Shown here: positions 1-10,392 of the stretch, in pieces | Numbering within the stretch: the stretch's first letter is position 1 | Layout: the number at the start of each line of letters is the position of its first letter | Source of the DNA: Nitrospirales bacterium | GTDB taxonomy: Bacteria > Nitrospirota > Nitrospiria > Nitrospirales > UBA8639 | DNA: 64,000 nt | Assembly (NCBI GenBank): GCA_963422365.1 | Contig: OY729426.1 | Coordinates: forward strand, 480,001-544,000 | Direction: 5' to 3' | The notes under the pieces: generated by a model | What the model saw: the letters and a program-made list of their open reading frames with translations, nothing else | Told to the model about the DNA's origin: nothing | Databases searched by the model: none | Made by a program: the position numbers and the translations under genes

Positions 1-1130
1 GGGGCGAGTTTTCCCCCCATTTCCATATCAAGGGAAATATCCATCCGGTCGGTTTGCGACTGGATGGTCCAATAGAGAGCATTAAATTCTTGATAAAGAC
101 GGTCGCTCTCCACCTGAACGCCATGAATCCGTACTCCAAAATCCAGCAGACCGGTATAGAGTTCTGAGGTAATGGCTTGTAACCCCTCCACGTACGAGGG
201 GTTGACTGCCAAAACCCGGTTGAGCATAGAGATCCGCTCCCGACGCGTCGGCAACGTCTTCGCCCGTGTGACCCCTGCCGCCAATGCCGCTTGCGCTTCA
301 TTCGGACTCCAAAATTCCGTGGATTTCTGCTCAAACCCTCCGGCGTCGACCACAAAGGGAATCGGTGTCCCCATGGAAGACGTCAGAGGAATGTTGAGGA
401 CGGCGGTATCCACGGGAAATCCATGCTGGAATAACCCCGACAACACGACCCATTTCACGGTTACGGCCTTTATCGGATGCATCGGTTTTTTATACGGCAC
501 GACCCAATCTTGTTGACCGGAACCATGGGCCGCTGGTGACGTCATCGGATCAGGGTACGCAATTCGTACCCGGACCAACGAAGTCGGCACAGCAACCACA
601 CGATCTGACCCTGGAACCTGAAAGGAAGCATGGGGGAGCGGTCCCGTACTGAGCACTTCCAGGGTAAACCCGGGAGACTCGGACATGGCACCGATCTCTG
701 GCATCACAAAAAAGGAAGGGGCTCGCTGATGTGCACGGGTTTCCGAGATTTCGAATCGTTTGAAATCTTGAAAATTCACCAATTTTCCAACACCAGGCCA
801 TAACTCATCCAGTGCCCGGTTGCGGCTCTCGATCACTTCCGCATGCGCGTGAACAAGCCGATCCCAACACCAGGGATACACCGGATCAGAGCCAGGGGGA
901 AAATGCCCTTCCCCTGTGGCGCCGGCCTTCACCATCTTCAATAAACAGACAAAATCGTTTTGGGCCACTTGAGCGGGATTCCGGCCAGACACGGCGTGGA
1001 CGTAATTGTGGACCACCTGCACTGCCGCCTGACTTTGTGCAGCCGGAACAGGCTCTGCCGCATGCGAAGGATTGCCCGCACCTAACCCAAACAGCCCGAC
1101 AAGAAAGGCCACTAGGCTGAGACCTCGCAT
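1..1130 (-). CDS. Exported protein of unknown function (partial, runs off window start)
   Basis: Manually translated open frame from ATG 1130 (MRGLSLVAFLVGLFGLGAGNPSHA-AEP, signal peptide) with no stop to position 1; absent from the ORF track because its stop lies outside the window. Confidence 0.75.
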   Translation of the reverse strand, partial: MRGLSLVAFLVGLFGLGAGNPSHAAEPVPAAQSQAAVQVVHNYVHAVSGRNPAQVAQNDFVCLLKMVKAGATGEGHFPPGSDPVYPWCWDRLVHAHAEVIESRNRALDELWPGVGKLVNFQDFKRFEISETRAHQRAPSFFVMPEIGAMSESPGFTLEVLSTGPLPHASFQVPGSDRVVAVPTSLVRVRIAYPDPMTSPAAHGSGQQDWVVPYKKPMHPIKAVTVKWVVLSGLFQHGFPVDTAVLNIPLTSSMGTPIPFVVDAGGFEQKSTEFWSPNEAQAALAAGVTRAKTLPTRRERISMLNRVLAVNPSYVEGLQAITSELYTGLLDFGVRIHGVQVESDRLYQEFNALYWTIQSQTDRMDISLDMEMGGKLA

Positions 1131-1269
1131 CTTGAAACCCAGGGATTGCACTTGGCGGTCTGCGTGAATCCGTCCCCTGTATCGACAATGAACCATGCGG
1201 TACCTCATACACACTTCTCCTTTTCAACACCATACATAGAGCCCAACAACTCATTTCACTCTAGCATAT

Positions 1270-1713
1270 TCATGAGCCGTCCACCACAATCATCCCGTTC
1301 ATCATATGCCCGGGCAAGTCACAGAAAAAAGGAAAGGAGCCTGCTTCCTTCGACACAAACACCAACTCGGCTTGACCGTCTGAAGGAATCAACACTCGGC
1401 GGAGTCCATCTTTGCCAAACTGTGGCGCCCCGTCACCACTCACTTGGACATTCGTCCGAATCAAGAGATTCGTGGGAACAAAAGCATGGAGCTCAACATC
1501 TTCGTTCTTCAGGATAAGACGAACGCGTTGCCCAACCCGAAGGTGCACCACATGGGGAAGAAACCGACGGCTCTCGATGCGAATCGTCATGGCAATATCT
1601 TCCTGCCCCAGCGCCTTGGCGGGCACAAACTCACCAAAGCCGATTCTCTGGCTCCCACCCCACACGCCGCACACCAAGGCCAGAAGAACACCGGCACGCT
1701 TGAATGTATTCAT
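1270..1713 (-). CDS. Cupredoxin-domain (plastocyanin/EfeO-like) exported protein
   Basis: Signal-like N-terminus MNTFKRAGVLLALVCG; type-1 Cu ligands H...FFCDLPGHMMNGM. Confidence 0.8.
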   Translation of the reverse strand: MNTFKRAGVLLALVCGVWGGSQRIGFGEFVPAKALGQEDIAMTIRIESRRFLPHVVHLRVGQRVRLILKNEDVELHAFVPTNLLIRTNVQVSGDGAPQFGKDGLRRVLIPSDGQAELVFVSKEAGSFPFFCDLPGHMMNGMIVVDGS

Positions 1714-1989
1714 CAGTCCAATATTGCTTTCTCGCCGTAGCTCCAATAGATCAAATACGTATTCAGTGTAACAAAGTCTCCGAAATCCGCACAAATGGAC
1801 TCGTCAGGACACGTCGTCATCATGAGTCATCAGGCACAGGGTGGGACCTTCACGCACACGCTCAGGTACTTTTTCCGACTGCACGACTCGCCGATGAGTT
1901 GCAGAACACTCCTCTGGCCACAGGCCCTTGCATCCACATCCAGCCCTGCGTACAATCGCCGGTATCGTGATCAATTCATGGGATAAAAA

Positions 1990-2700
1990 ATGATTAAGCT
2001 GATTCGCGAAGGATCGATAAAACACCCTTGGATTCTGAAAATCATCATGTTGGTGATCGCGATCACCTTTACCATCGGGATGGGCTGGTTTGGGTATGAC
2101 GCCTCGCAACAACCCAATGTCGTGGCCGTGATTGGGCCGTACCAAGTGGAGTTAGAGGAATTCCGTACGGCGTATAACAGGGCTGACGACTTCTATAGAA
2201 ATCAGCTCAAGCAAGAAGTCCCCGACCGAGAAGAGCTCAAGCAGACTGTCATGAACTCCTTGGTCGAGCAGAACCTGTGGCTCATGGCTGCCGATGATCT
2301 CAATCTGGACGTACATCCGGACGAACTGCGACGGACCATCATGAAGCGCAAGGAATTCCAACAGGATGGGGCATTTGATCCGGAGGTCTACCACCGCCTC
2401 CTAGCTCTCAACAGACTGTCTCCCGCTCAGTTTGAAGAGAGCCTGACCAAAGACCTTCGCAGGCAAAAAGTTCAGCTTCTTGTTCAAGACGTGGCGACCC
2501 TCAATCCCGTAGAGGAAGAAGAAGTCAAAGCACTTGCCGCGCGACAAACCGCGGACATGGAAGACGAACAAGAAATCGAAAAGATCACCGCCCGCATCCA
2601 GCTGCAACTCCTGATCCAAAAGAAACAGCGTGCCCTCGAAGCCTTCCAAAACGCCATGCGCACTTCTTCCGACGTCGAGATTCGGCAAGAATTTCTCTAA
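1990..2700 (+). CDS. SurA N-terminal-domain chaperone (PpiD N-terminal-like)
   Basis: N-terminal TM; 'EFQQDGAFDPEVYHRLL...LSPAQFEESL' typical of SurA_N_3/PpiD; no PPIase domain. Confidence 0.8.
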   Translation: MIKLIREGSIKHPWILKIIMLVIAITFTIGMGWFGYDASQQPNVVAVIGPYQVELEEFRTAYNRADDFYRNQLKQEVPDREELKQTVMNSLVEQNLWLMAADDLNLDVHPDELRRTIMKRKEFQQDGAFDPEVYHRLLALNRLSPAQFEESLTKDLRRQKVQLLVQDVATLNPVEEEEVKALAARQTADMEDEQEIEKITARIQLQLLIQKKQRALEAFQNAMRTSSDVEIRQEFL

Positions 2701-2813
2701 GTTGTCTACCTCGCGATTGTGGTTCCCCCATCAGTCAAGCTTTGCTTCCTCTGAACGGATAACAACCCCGGAACCAGCCGATTCCTCAAAAACAGAGGAC
2801 CGCCAATATCGTG

Positions 2814-3250
2814 TTACTCCAGCGGATTTCGGACATCCCAAAAATCAAATTTCATGAAATCCCTATCCAGGATGTACAGCTTGAGGACATCATGTTGCTG
2901 CAGAAGAGCAGCCAAATGCGCATCGGGAACCAAGTTTCCACACACGGGAAAGTCTCGCGTGACTTTTCCATAGACTTCGAAAAATCCATCCGCTTCGGAC
3001 AATGGTCTGACCTGAGGTAACCACAGGAGGGCTTGGATATTTCCAAAAGCTTCCTCTGGCGTCAAGGGGTGAGAAAAGATCAGAGGGTGAGTCGCGACAC
3101 GCGAGATAAGCCATCAACGTCGGCCAAGCCGACGTACCACGGCTCCGAATGGATAGTATAATTTTTCAGGAACTCCAGGGCTGACGAATGGTGAGAACTG
3201 GTCAGATCCGATGCATACAAAAAGATATTCGAATCGACGGCATAACTCAC
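2814..3250 (-). pseudogene. vapC: VapC PIN-domain toxin, frameshifted
   Basis: GTG start, SYAVDSNIFLYA (PIN), frameshifts near 3100-3130, then GNLVPDAHLAALL...LDRDFMKF; overlaps antitoxin stop (GTGA). Confidence 0.75.
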
Positions 3251-3485
3251 TTCGTGTTCTCGTCAAGCAGGGCATAAAGGGCCTCTTTGTCGGAAAAATC
3301 AATGCGGGCCTTCATGGAGCGAGACACCCAATGCAGTTTGGATACTCGCGGGGTTTTTCGCCTTTGAAAGAGAGCTTCCGCCAGCCATTGAGACATGATT
3401 GGCCCAATGATCGGTTTTCTCTCTTTTGAAGGGTTTTGAGTTCCTTCAGAAGAAGCCCATCAATGTCAACGGTCGTTCTCGGCAT
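3247..3485 (-). pseudogene. vapB: VapB-type antitoxin, frameshifted
   Basis: MPRTTVDIDGLLLKELK...SLGQ, then a 1-nt shift near 3400 into MSQWLAEAL...ARIDFSDKEALYALLD. Confidence 0.7.
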
Positions 3486-3882
3486 GATGAGTTGTAGCGC
3501 ATCTGATGTCAATACGGTGCAGATGGGAATAGCTTTGCCTTTTTTCATCATCGTAGAAGCCGTCATTTGTCAGTTAACAGCAGAATGGTTTTTCGGCTGC
3601 AACGCGTCTAAAAATTTGAACGGCCAATCCGTCTCTCGGATTTCCTTGGGAAAATCACGGCCTTTGAAGTATGCTTTTCACTGCTGCCGTGGGTCACTTC
3701 ATTCATAGAGGCCTCCTCCCAAAAATTGAGGCGTCATAGAGCCTTTCTTCCCATATTTTAAAGGCTTAACCTCAAGTCGTTGGGAACCCACAGACCCTAT
3801 CTTTTAAAGATCCGCTTAAAAAATCCACACTCAATTTGCTTACTGTACGCCGTGCAATTGTCTTGTGATCTGGACCAAATCG

Positions 3883-4122
3883 CTATGCGACATGATGCAT
3901 GTTGTTGGCAAGGTTACGACCACAAGTAGAGGGAGGCAAGGGTTTATCCGTTTTACCGTAAAGCTCGATGATCTCTTCAACAATTTAACACAATTCATCG
4001 AATACTGACTTTTCATCATCACCGTGACATCCCCCATACACCAGGCCGGGAGCGCTGCCGACGTAGCACTGATCCTCTTCCGACCACTCCACGATTTTCA
4101 CGTATCTCGCACTATCCTTCAT
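3883..4122 (-). pseudogene. hicB: HicB-family antitoxin with premature stop
   Basis: MKDSARYVKIVEWSEEDQCYVGSAPGLVYGGCHGDDEKSVFDELC*IVEEIIELY...KPLP; in-frame TAA at 3985-3987; ATGA overlap with hicA. Confidence 0.8.
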
Positions 4123-4316
4123 TTTTTTACCTCCTCAATCGCCAGCCGCATGGCTCGAACCTGATAATGCTTGTCATCATCACCAAACCTACCGGCAATG
4201 ATGATTGGTTTCGCAACATTGGGATGAACAAAATTCCTATGGCTACCCTTCCCGCCACGGTTAACGAAACCAACGTGCTCAAGTTCGGCAATAAAGTTTC
4301 TCACCTTTGGTGGCAC
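4119..4316 (-). CDS. hicA: HicA-family mRNA interferase toxin
   Basis: 65 aa, GF...GKGSHRNFVHP motif, directly upstream of hicB. Confidence 0.8.
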   Translation of the reverse strand: MPPKVRNFIAELEHVGFVNRGGKGSHRNFVHPNVAKPIIIAGRFGDDDKHYQVRAMRLAIEEVKK

Positions 4317-4488
4317 GTATTGATCCTTAGGTTTTTATTGCCTTATTTATTGGGCGTACTCAAATCGTTTCTCAAGGGTAGCATGTGGCATTTGGGAATC
4401 CAAGAAAGAAGGAATCCACGCTTCAGTGCCTATGTCACGGCGCGAATGGTTTTGGTCCTTTTGCCGAAACCCAAAGACGAATCGATCC

Positions 4489-5511
4489 TCATTGAATCAG
4501 CATGGCATCGCCATAGCTATACAACCGATAACGTGCGTTGACGGCTTCTTCGTAAGCGGCTCGCAGTTGGTCAAGGCCGGCGAAGGCCGAGACGAGCATA
4601 AGCAATGTCGTGCGCGGCAGATGAAAATTGGTCAACAGGGCATCGACCATTCTCCATTGAAACCCTGGGGCAATGAACAGTCGGGTCTCCCCCCTACCAG
4701 GCTGAATTTCTCCGGCTTCGTTGACCGCTGATTCCAGCGTCCGAACCGAGGTCGTTCCAACCGCCACGACTCGCCGACCGTCAGCCTTTGCCGCATTGAG
4801 GTACTTGGCCGTTTCCTCGGAAATTTCAAACCATTCGGCATCCATGCGATGGTCTTCGATGTTGTCGACGGTGACGGGACGAAATGTTCCAGGCCCGACG
4901 TGCAGCGTGACGGTCGCAAGTTGGATACCCTTTTGCTTAAGGGCAACGAATAATGGCTCCGTGAAATGCAACCCTGCGGTCGGCGCGGCCACGGCCCCTT
5001 CTGATCGTGCGAAGACCGTTTGATAGGCCTCTTTGTCCTGCTCATTCGCCGGACGTTTGATATAGGGTGGGAGAGGCACTTCTCCTATCCTGTCGAGAAG
5101 ATCTTTGATGGACCGTTGCGTCTCGATCCGAAGGACCGTTCGTTCCGGACTCCGTTCCAAGACCTCGGCGGTCGCCTCATCTTGAAATTGCACGATCTGG
5201 CCAATGGCGACATGGCCTTTCAACAAGACGACCCAAATCGCTTCCTCCAAAGGCCGGACGAATAACACTTCGACCTTGCCACCGCTTGGCTGTTTGGTGC
5301 CGGACAGTCTGGCGGGCATCACCTTCGTGTTATTCAACACCACCACGTCATCGGACCGCAACAAGTTTGGCAGATCGTGCACCCGCGTATGTTGAAACGC
5401 AGCATCCCTCTTTCGCGGCACGACCAACAGCCGAGCATGATCTCTCGGAGAAACCGGGTGATCGGCAATCAGTGATTCATCAAAAGGAAAGTTAAACTCG
5501 GAAAGTCGCAT
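4489..5511 (-). CDS. queA: tRNA preQ1(34) SAM ribosyltransferase-isomerase
   Basis: VPLPPYI, GAVAAPTAGLHFT, LHVGPGTF, TNFHLP, YSYGDAMLI; start trimmed to MRLSEF. Confidence 0.97.
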   Translation of the reverse strand: MRLSEFNFPFDESLIADHPVSPRDHARLLVVPRKRDAAFQHTRVHDLPNLLRSDDVVVLNNTKVMPARLSGTKQPSGGKVEVLFVRPLEEAIWVVLLKGHVAIGQIVQFQDEATAEVLERSPERTVLRIETQRSIKDLLDRIGEVPLPPYIKRPANEQDKEAYQTVFARSEGAVAAPTAGLHFTEPLFVALKQKGIQLATVTLHVGPGTFRPVTVDNIEDHRMDAEWFEISEETAKYLNAAKADGRRVVAVGTTSVRTLESAVNEAGEIQPGRGETRLFIAPGFQWRMVDALLTNFHLPRTTLLMLVSAFAGLDQLRAAYEEAVNARYRLYSYGDAMLIQ

Positions 5512-5581
5512 AGCGGATACCCATGTCAACGAAAATGAGGCAGGGCCATCAAGCACAAGGTGGGAGGGCTGCGGGAAGCGG

Positions 5582-6766
5582 CTATAAAGCAGGTGGGGAC
5601 ATGATGACCTGATCGCGTGGCAGGATCTCCGTTCCCGGATAGTAATAGGACAGGATGGTTTGATAGGGATAACCCAACTCAGCCATTTCCTTGGCACCCC
5701 ATTGACAAAGGCCCACCCCATGCCCCGCCCCTTTTCCTGTCAACACCACGTCTCTGTTAATCCGTTCAATAGCAAACTGGGTACTGAACACTCTGGAATA
5801 CCCGAGGATACGTCGAAACTCTTGCCCTGTGACAATGAGTGCTCCTTGGGAATGCAGGATCCTGACGTCCTTGACCCGACCGGCGTCAGTCATGCGATAG
5901 GGCGTAAGCGTCGCGAGCCAACCAATAGAATACCCTTCATTTCTGAGTCGGGATTCGACCGTATCAAACGGGATGGCGACTTGCCATTGATACCGAGGCG
6001 CCTCCTGATCAAATGGACAATCCACCCCTTTTAAATAGGGCAAATCTTTGGACCACACATTCATGGCATCTTCCGTGGGCCCGGCAGCCGTGGACGAATA
6101 GGCTGCAAAAATAGGGCGGCCTTCATAGGTGAGGACTTGGCCACGCGTTTGGCTCACGGCATCGAGTACGGCGTGATTAACATGTTGACGTCCCGTATAC
6201 ACTTGATCCTGGACACTCGCGTAGACGTCAAACGGTTGGCTCTCAGTTTCCAGTTTCTTATGCAACACATAGGTCCGTGCAGCCACGGCCTGGGTCTTCA
6301 AGAGTTCTTCGTGCCAACCGGGGTTGACTTCCGAACTCACGACTCCAGCGACATACTCTTCGAGATCAACCAGGTTCACGACCAAGAGGGACGCCCCCTG
6401 GACCGTGAGATCGAGACCACCAGGAACCACCCACTGTTGCCTCGTCGAACCAAGGGCATGTCCTTGGAGTGTGACCTCCAGATCCTTGTGTGTCCCGTGA
6501 ATCGCAAGACGGCTGCCTCGCACTCGGTCGTGATCGACTTGCAACTCATTCCCCTTCCGAATAATCGTCACCCCGGAAGCGACATCGACTCGATCTCCGG
6601 AAGGCAGTTCAAGACGAAGGGCTCCTGCAGAAGCGACCGTGACATGGTCGGCCTGTTCAGAAAGCACAACTCGAATACGATCCGATGCGTGAGCCAAGGC
6701 GAGAAAAGGACTTAGCCCCACACTGATGAACAGCAGAAGGATTCTGACCGGGAAGGAGAGAAACAT
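5582..6766 (-). CDS. SpoIID/LytB-domain peptidoglycan lytic transglycosylase
   Basis: LEEYVAGVV, LKTQAVAARTY, GHGVGLCQWGA, ILSYYYPG; signal peptide. Confidence 0.9.
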   Translation of the reverse strand: MFLSFPVRILLLFISVGLSPFLALAHASDRIRVVLSEQADHVTVASAGALRLELPSGDRVDVASGVTIIRKGNELQVDHDRVRGSRLAIHGTHKDLEVTLQGHALGSTRQQWVVPGGLDLTVQGASLLVVNLVDLEEYVAGVVSSEVNPGWHEELLKTQAVAARTYVLHKKLETESQPFDVYASVQDQVYTGRQHVNHAVLDAVSQTRGQVLTYEGRPIFAAYSSTAAGPTEDAMNVWSKDLPYLKGVDCPFDQEAPRYQWQVAIPFDTVESRLRNEGYSIGWLATLTPYRMTDAGRVKDVRILHSQGALIVTGQEFRRILGYSRVFSTQFAIERINRDVVLTGKGAGHGVGLCQWGAKEMAELGYPYQTILSYYYPGTEILPRDQVIMSPPAL

Positions 6767-6769
6767 GCC

Positions 6770-7015
6770 TCACCGTTTCATGAGGAAATAGAGGAGGAGA
6801 CTTCCCACAATGCTGATGATGATACTGGTACTCAGGGGAAAATAAAAGGTGAAATTGTCCCGCTTGATGCAAAGATCCCCTGGAAGCTTTCCCAGCCAGC
6901 CGAGATCGATCCCGTCACTCGGCCACTTGCCGATCAGCGAGATGATGAGGCCGAGGGCGACAATCCCCACACCCAGAAAGATGAGTATTTTCCCAAAACC
7001 GTTGAACTCCGGCAT
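6770..7015 (-). CDS. DUF2905 small membrane protein
   Basis: WLGKLPGD...FYFPLSTSIIIS signature. Confidence 0.85.
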   Translation of the reverse strand: MPEFNGFGKILIFLGVGIVALGLIISLIGKWPSDGIDLGWLGKLPGDLCIKRDNFTFYFPLSTSIIISIVGSLLLYFLMKR

Positions 7016-7019
7016 TGGC

Positions 7020-8048
7020 TCACCTCACCAATTCCTCGGCAATCTGGACGGCATTGAGGGCAGCCCCTTTGCGAAGATTATCCGCCACCACCCACAGATT
7101 GAGGCCTTGGGGAATGGAATCATCCTCACGAATCCGTCCCACAAACACCGCATCCGTTCCTGCCGAATGAATCTGCAGGGGATACACCGCGCGCGAGGGA
7201 TCATCGTACAATTGCACGCCTGGGGCAGTCGAGAGAATCGCTCGGGCTTCCGCTCCCGACAACTTTTTTTTTGTTTCGATATTAATCGATTCCGCATGAC
7301 TGACAAACACGGGCACTCGCACCGTGGTCGCGGAAATCCCAATCGATGAGTCACCCAGAATTTTTCGTGTTTCATTGACCATCTTCATTTCTTCCCGGGT
7401 AGAGCCCGACGGCAAAAAAGCATCGATGTGAGGCAAGCAGTTAAACGCGATTTGGTGCGGATACACCTTTGGTGTCACGTCACCGAAGTTCAACAACTGT
7501 CGACACTGTTGCGCCAATTCATCTACAGCCTCTTTCCCTGTGCCGGAAACCGCTTGATAGGTCGACACGACAATACGGGTGATCGTGGCATGGTCATGTA
7601 ACGGTTTGAGCACAACCACCATTTGAATGGTAGAGCAATTCGGGTTGGCAATCAGGCCCTGGTGTTTTTCAAGATCGTGGCGGTTCACTTCGGGGACGAC
7701 CAACGGAACGTGCGGGTCCATTCGCCAAGCCGAACTATTGTCTATCACCACCACCCCGGCTTTGACGGCAGCCGGCGCGTACTCTTTACTCACTGCGGCA
7801 CCGGCCGAGAACAATGCGATATCGACCCCGTGAAACGAGTCTTTGGTCAGCACTTGCACCTTGACATCGCCACCTCGAAACGACACTTCTCCACCTGCCG
7901 ACTTGGACGAAGCTAACGGGCACACCCGTTCGACGGGAAACTTTCGTTCTTCCAAGACCGCGAGCATTTCCGTGCCCACGGCGCCGGTGGCGCCGACGAC
8001 GGCGACGGCATAAGCCGATTGCTTCTTCATCTTATTGGGAGTGGCCAT
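7020..8048 (-). CDS. asd: Aspartate-semialdehyde dehydrogenase
   Basis: VGATGAVG, IANPNCSTIQ, DNLRKGAALNAVQIAE; start uncertain by a few codons. Confidence 0.97.
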   Translation of the reverse strand: MATPNKMKKQSAYAVAVVGATGAVGTEMLAVLEERKFPVERVCPLASSKSAGGEVSFRGGDVKVQVLTKDSFHGVDIALFSAGAAVSKEYAPAAVKAGVVVIDNSSAWRMDPHVPLVVPEVNRHDLEKHQGLIANPNCSTIQMVVVLKPLHDHATITRIVVSTYQAVSGTGKEAVDELAQQCRQLLNFGDVTPKVYPHQIAFNCLPHIDAFLPSGSTREEMKMVNETRKILGDSSIGISATTVRVPVFVSHAESINIETKKKLSGAEARAILSTAPGVQLYDDPSRAVYPLQIHSAGTDAVFVGRIREDDSIPQGLNLWVVADNLRKGAALNAVQIAEELVR

Positions 8049-8049
8049 T

Positions 8050-9264
8050 TCATGATTTTTCATGCATCACGACTCGGATACGATGGCTAAAGGTATCCGC
8101 GATGTACACATGCCCTCGGGAGTCAAGAGCAACACCGAACGGGTAGTTCAAACTACTGTGCACAGGGTTCTTCCCATCACCGGAAAACTCGGCCTTCCCA
8201 TTCCCGGCCAAGAGCGACATTTCTTGTTTCTGAAGATTCCAAACCCGGATCAAGTGGTTGTCGCTATCCGTTATGAACAGACGGCCGTCGGGATGAAGGG
8301 CAATGGCATACGGGCGAGACAGATTGGGAGAGGATTCATTCTCACCCGGTGCCAATCGAAAATCACCCGTTCCTCCTACCACCGTGGCAATCATTCCGGT
8401 TGCTCGATCCCACTTTCGAATCCGACCACTAAACGTATCGGCAATGTACAGATTCCCCTCGTGATCAACGGCAAGACCACTGGGACCGGCTAACGAGGTT
8501 TCAGGGCCCGGGGCACCATCGCCGTTATACCCCGACTCCCCGGTCCCTGCGACCGTCATCATCACCCCGGAGGTCAGATCAAGTTTTCGGATCCGGTTGT
8601 TGCTTTGATCAGCGAGGTACAAAGGACCACGCCCATCAAGGGCCAAGGCGACGGGTTCATTCAGGGCCGCCTTTACGGCAGGGCCATGATCGCCGTAAAA
8701 TTTCGCTTGGCCCGTTCCCGCTATGGTGGAGATGATCCCGGTGTGAGGATCAACCCGGCGAAGACGATGATTCCACGTATCGGCAATATACACTGTCCCA
8801 TCGTCAGCCACAGCCACGGCTGAGGGAAAATTGAGTGCGGCATTGATCGCCAAGTCACCATCACCTGAAAACCGCTGATCCTTCGATTGCGTCCCAGTCA
8901 CGTAGCGGACCATTCCACTCAAGTCGGGTTGTTGCGTGTAGGTGTCACCTGGGTTGCCTACGGGATCCGCTAAGGGATCTTCATCGTCTTCCACCCGTTC
9001 GCGCAAAGGCTCGGCAGGCCTCGAAGGGAGCTCGTCGCGCCGGCGGGTTCCAGCTATCGTCGTAATGATCCCTGTCCGTGCATCAACCTTTCGCACCAAA
9101 TGATTTTCCGAATCAGCGATGTAGAGATGACCGGCAGCGTCGAGGGCAATATTTTTGGGTTCGTTTAAAAGAGCCGTGGTGGCCGAACCGGCATCCCCCG
9201 CGTAACCGGGCTCTCCTGTCCCGGCGATGGTGCCGATAGTGCCGGCTTGAATCGCTTTCAGCAT
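8050..9264 (-). CDS. NHL-repeat beta-propeller protein
   Basis: About 6 repeats of 'AGTG..G..GD...A.LN.P..lA.D..G.LYIAD..NH.IR'. Confidence 0.9.
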   Translation of the reverse strand: MLKAIQAGTIGTIAGTGEPGYAGDAGSATTALLNEPKNIALDAAGHLYIADSENHLVRKVDARTGIITTIAGTRRRDELPSRPAEPLRERVEDDEDPLADPVGNPGDTYTQQPDLSGMVRYVTGTQSKDQRFSGDGDLAINAALNFPSAVAVADDGTVYIADTWNHRLRRVDPHTGIISTIAGTGQAKFYGDHGPAVKAALNEPVALALDGRGPLYLADQSNNRIRKLDLTSGVMMTVAGTGESGYNGDGAPGPETSLAGPSGLAVDHEGNLYIADTFSGRIRKWDRATGMIATVVGGTGDFRLAPGENESSPNLSRPYAIALHPDGRLFITDSDNHLIRVWNLQKQEMSLLAGNGKAEFSGDGKNPVHSSLNYPFGVALDSRGHVYIADTFSHRIRVVMHEKS

Positions 9265-9282
9265 CTCACCCTTCCCTTCCGC

Positions 9283-10359
9283 CTATCTTGCACCTATATT
9301 CTGAATGATACGGGTGCCCATCTCTTGAGTGCCGACGAGTGTGGTCCCTGGCGCTTCAATGTCTCTGGTTCGATAACCGTGGCCCAACGCGGTTTGAATG
9401 GCGTTTTCGATGAGATCCGCTTCTTTCCCTAAGTCAAACGAATACCGCAGCATCATCGCGCCAGAGGCAATCATGCCGATGGGGTTGGCCGCATCCGTGC
9501 CCGCAATATCCGGCGCACTGCCGTGAATGGGCTCATACATGCCGACGACGGCGCCGATACTCGCCGACGGCAACATCCCAATCGATCCGGTTAACATGGC
9601 GGCTTCATCACTTAAAATATCACCAAACAAATTCGTCGTCAGAATGACATCAAACTGCCGGGGATTCCGAACCAGTTGCATCGCACAATTGTCGACATAC
9701 ATGTGTCGCAGGTCTACGTCTTGGTAGTCTTTGTGAACCGCAATGACGACCTCCCTCCACAACTCCGAGGATTCCAGCACGTTCGCCTTATCGATAGAGG
9801 TAACGAAACCCCGGCGTTTTCGCGCGATGTCGAAGGCGACTTTGGCAATCCGCGTAATTTCTTCCGTGGTGTAGACTTCGGTATTAAATCCACGATGTCC
9901 GGTCGGCGTCGCCTCCACGCCCTTGGGCGTACCAAAATAAATACCGCCCGTCAGCTCACGTACCACCAACACGTCAATGCCTTCGATGACCTCGCGTTTG
10001 AGGGTCGAGGCATCGGCCAATTCCGAATGCAGTTTGGCCGGCCGAAGATTCGCAAACAGTCCGAGTTGTTCTCGCAGGCCCAGCAACGCGCGTTCCGGTC
10101 GCCGCTCATAATCAAGCCCTTCCCATCGGGGTCCGCCCACTGCTCCTAACAAGACCGCGTCGCTGGATTGGGCAACCTGCAAGGTCTTGTTCGGCAACGG
10201 CCAGCCGGTCTCGTCAATGGCCTGCCCACCTACTGCCGCAGAAACAAACTCAAACGAATGGCCGCATCGTTTACCGACAGCCTGTAAAACATTGATGGCC
10301 GCAGGGACAATCTCCGGGCCAATACCGTCCCCTGCCAATACCGCAATCTTCTTATTCAT
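9283..10359 (-). CDS. leuB: 3-isopropylmalate dehydrogenase
   Basis: [43 protein letters not shown]. Confidence 0.98.
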   Translation of the reverse strand: MNKKIAVLAGDGIGPEIVPAAINVLQAVGKRCGHSFEFVSAAVGGQAIDETGWPLPNKTLQVAQSSDAVLLGAVGGPRWEGLDYERRPERALLGLREQLGLFANLRPAKLHSELADASTLKREVIEGIDVLVVRELTGGIYFGTPKGVEATPTGHRGFNTEVYTTEEITRIAKVAFDIARKRRGFVTSIDKANVLESSELWREVVIAVHKDYQDVDLRHMYVDNCAMQLVRNPRQFDVILTTNLFGDILSDEAAMLTGSIGMLPSASIGAVVGMYEPIHGSAPDIAGTDAANPIGMIASGAMMLRYSFDLGKEADLIENAIQTALGHGYRTRDIEAPGTTLVGTQEMGTRIIQNIGAR

Positions 10360-10392
10360 AGAAAGGGCCTTGCCCGTCCTGACCTTTCATTT

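Noticed and set aside
3608..3706. 32-codon minus-strand ORF with GGAGG RBS between the TA loci
   Set aside because: No recognisable motif; too short to support
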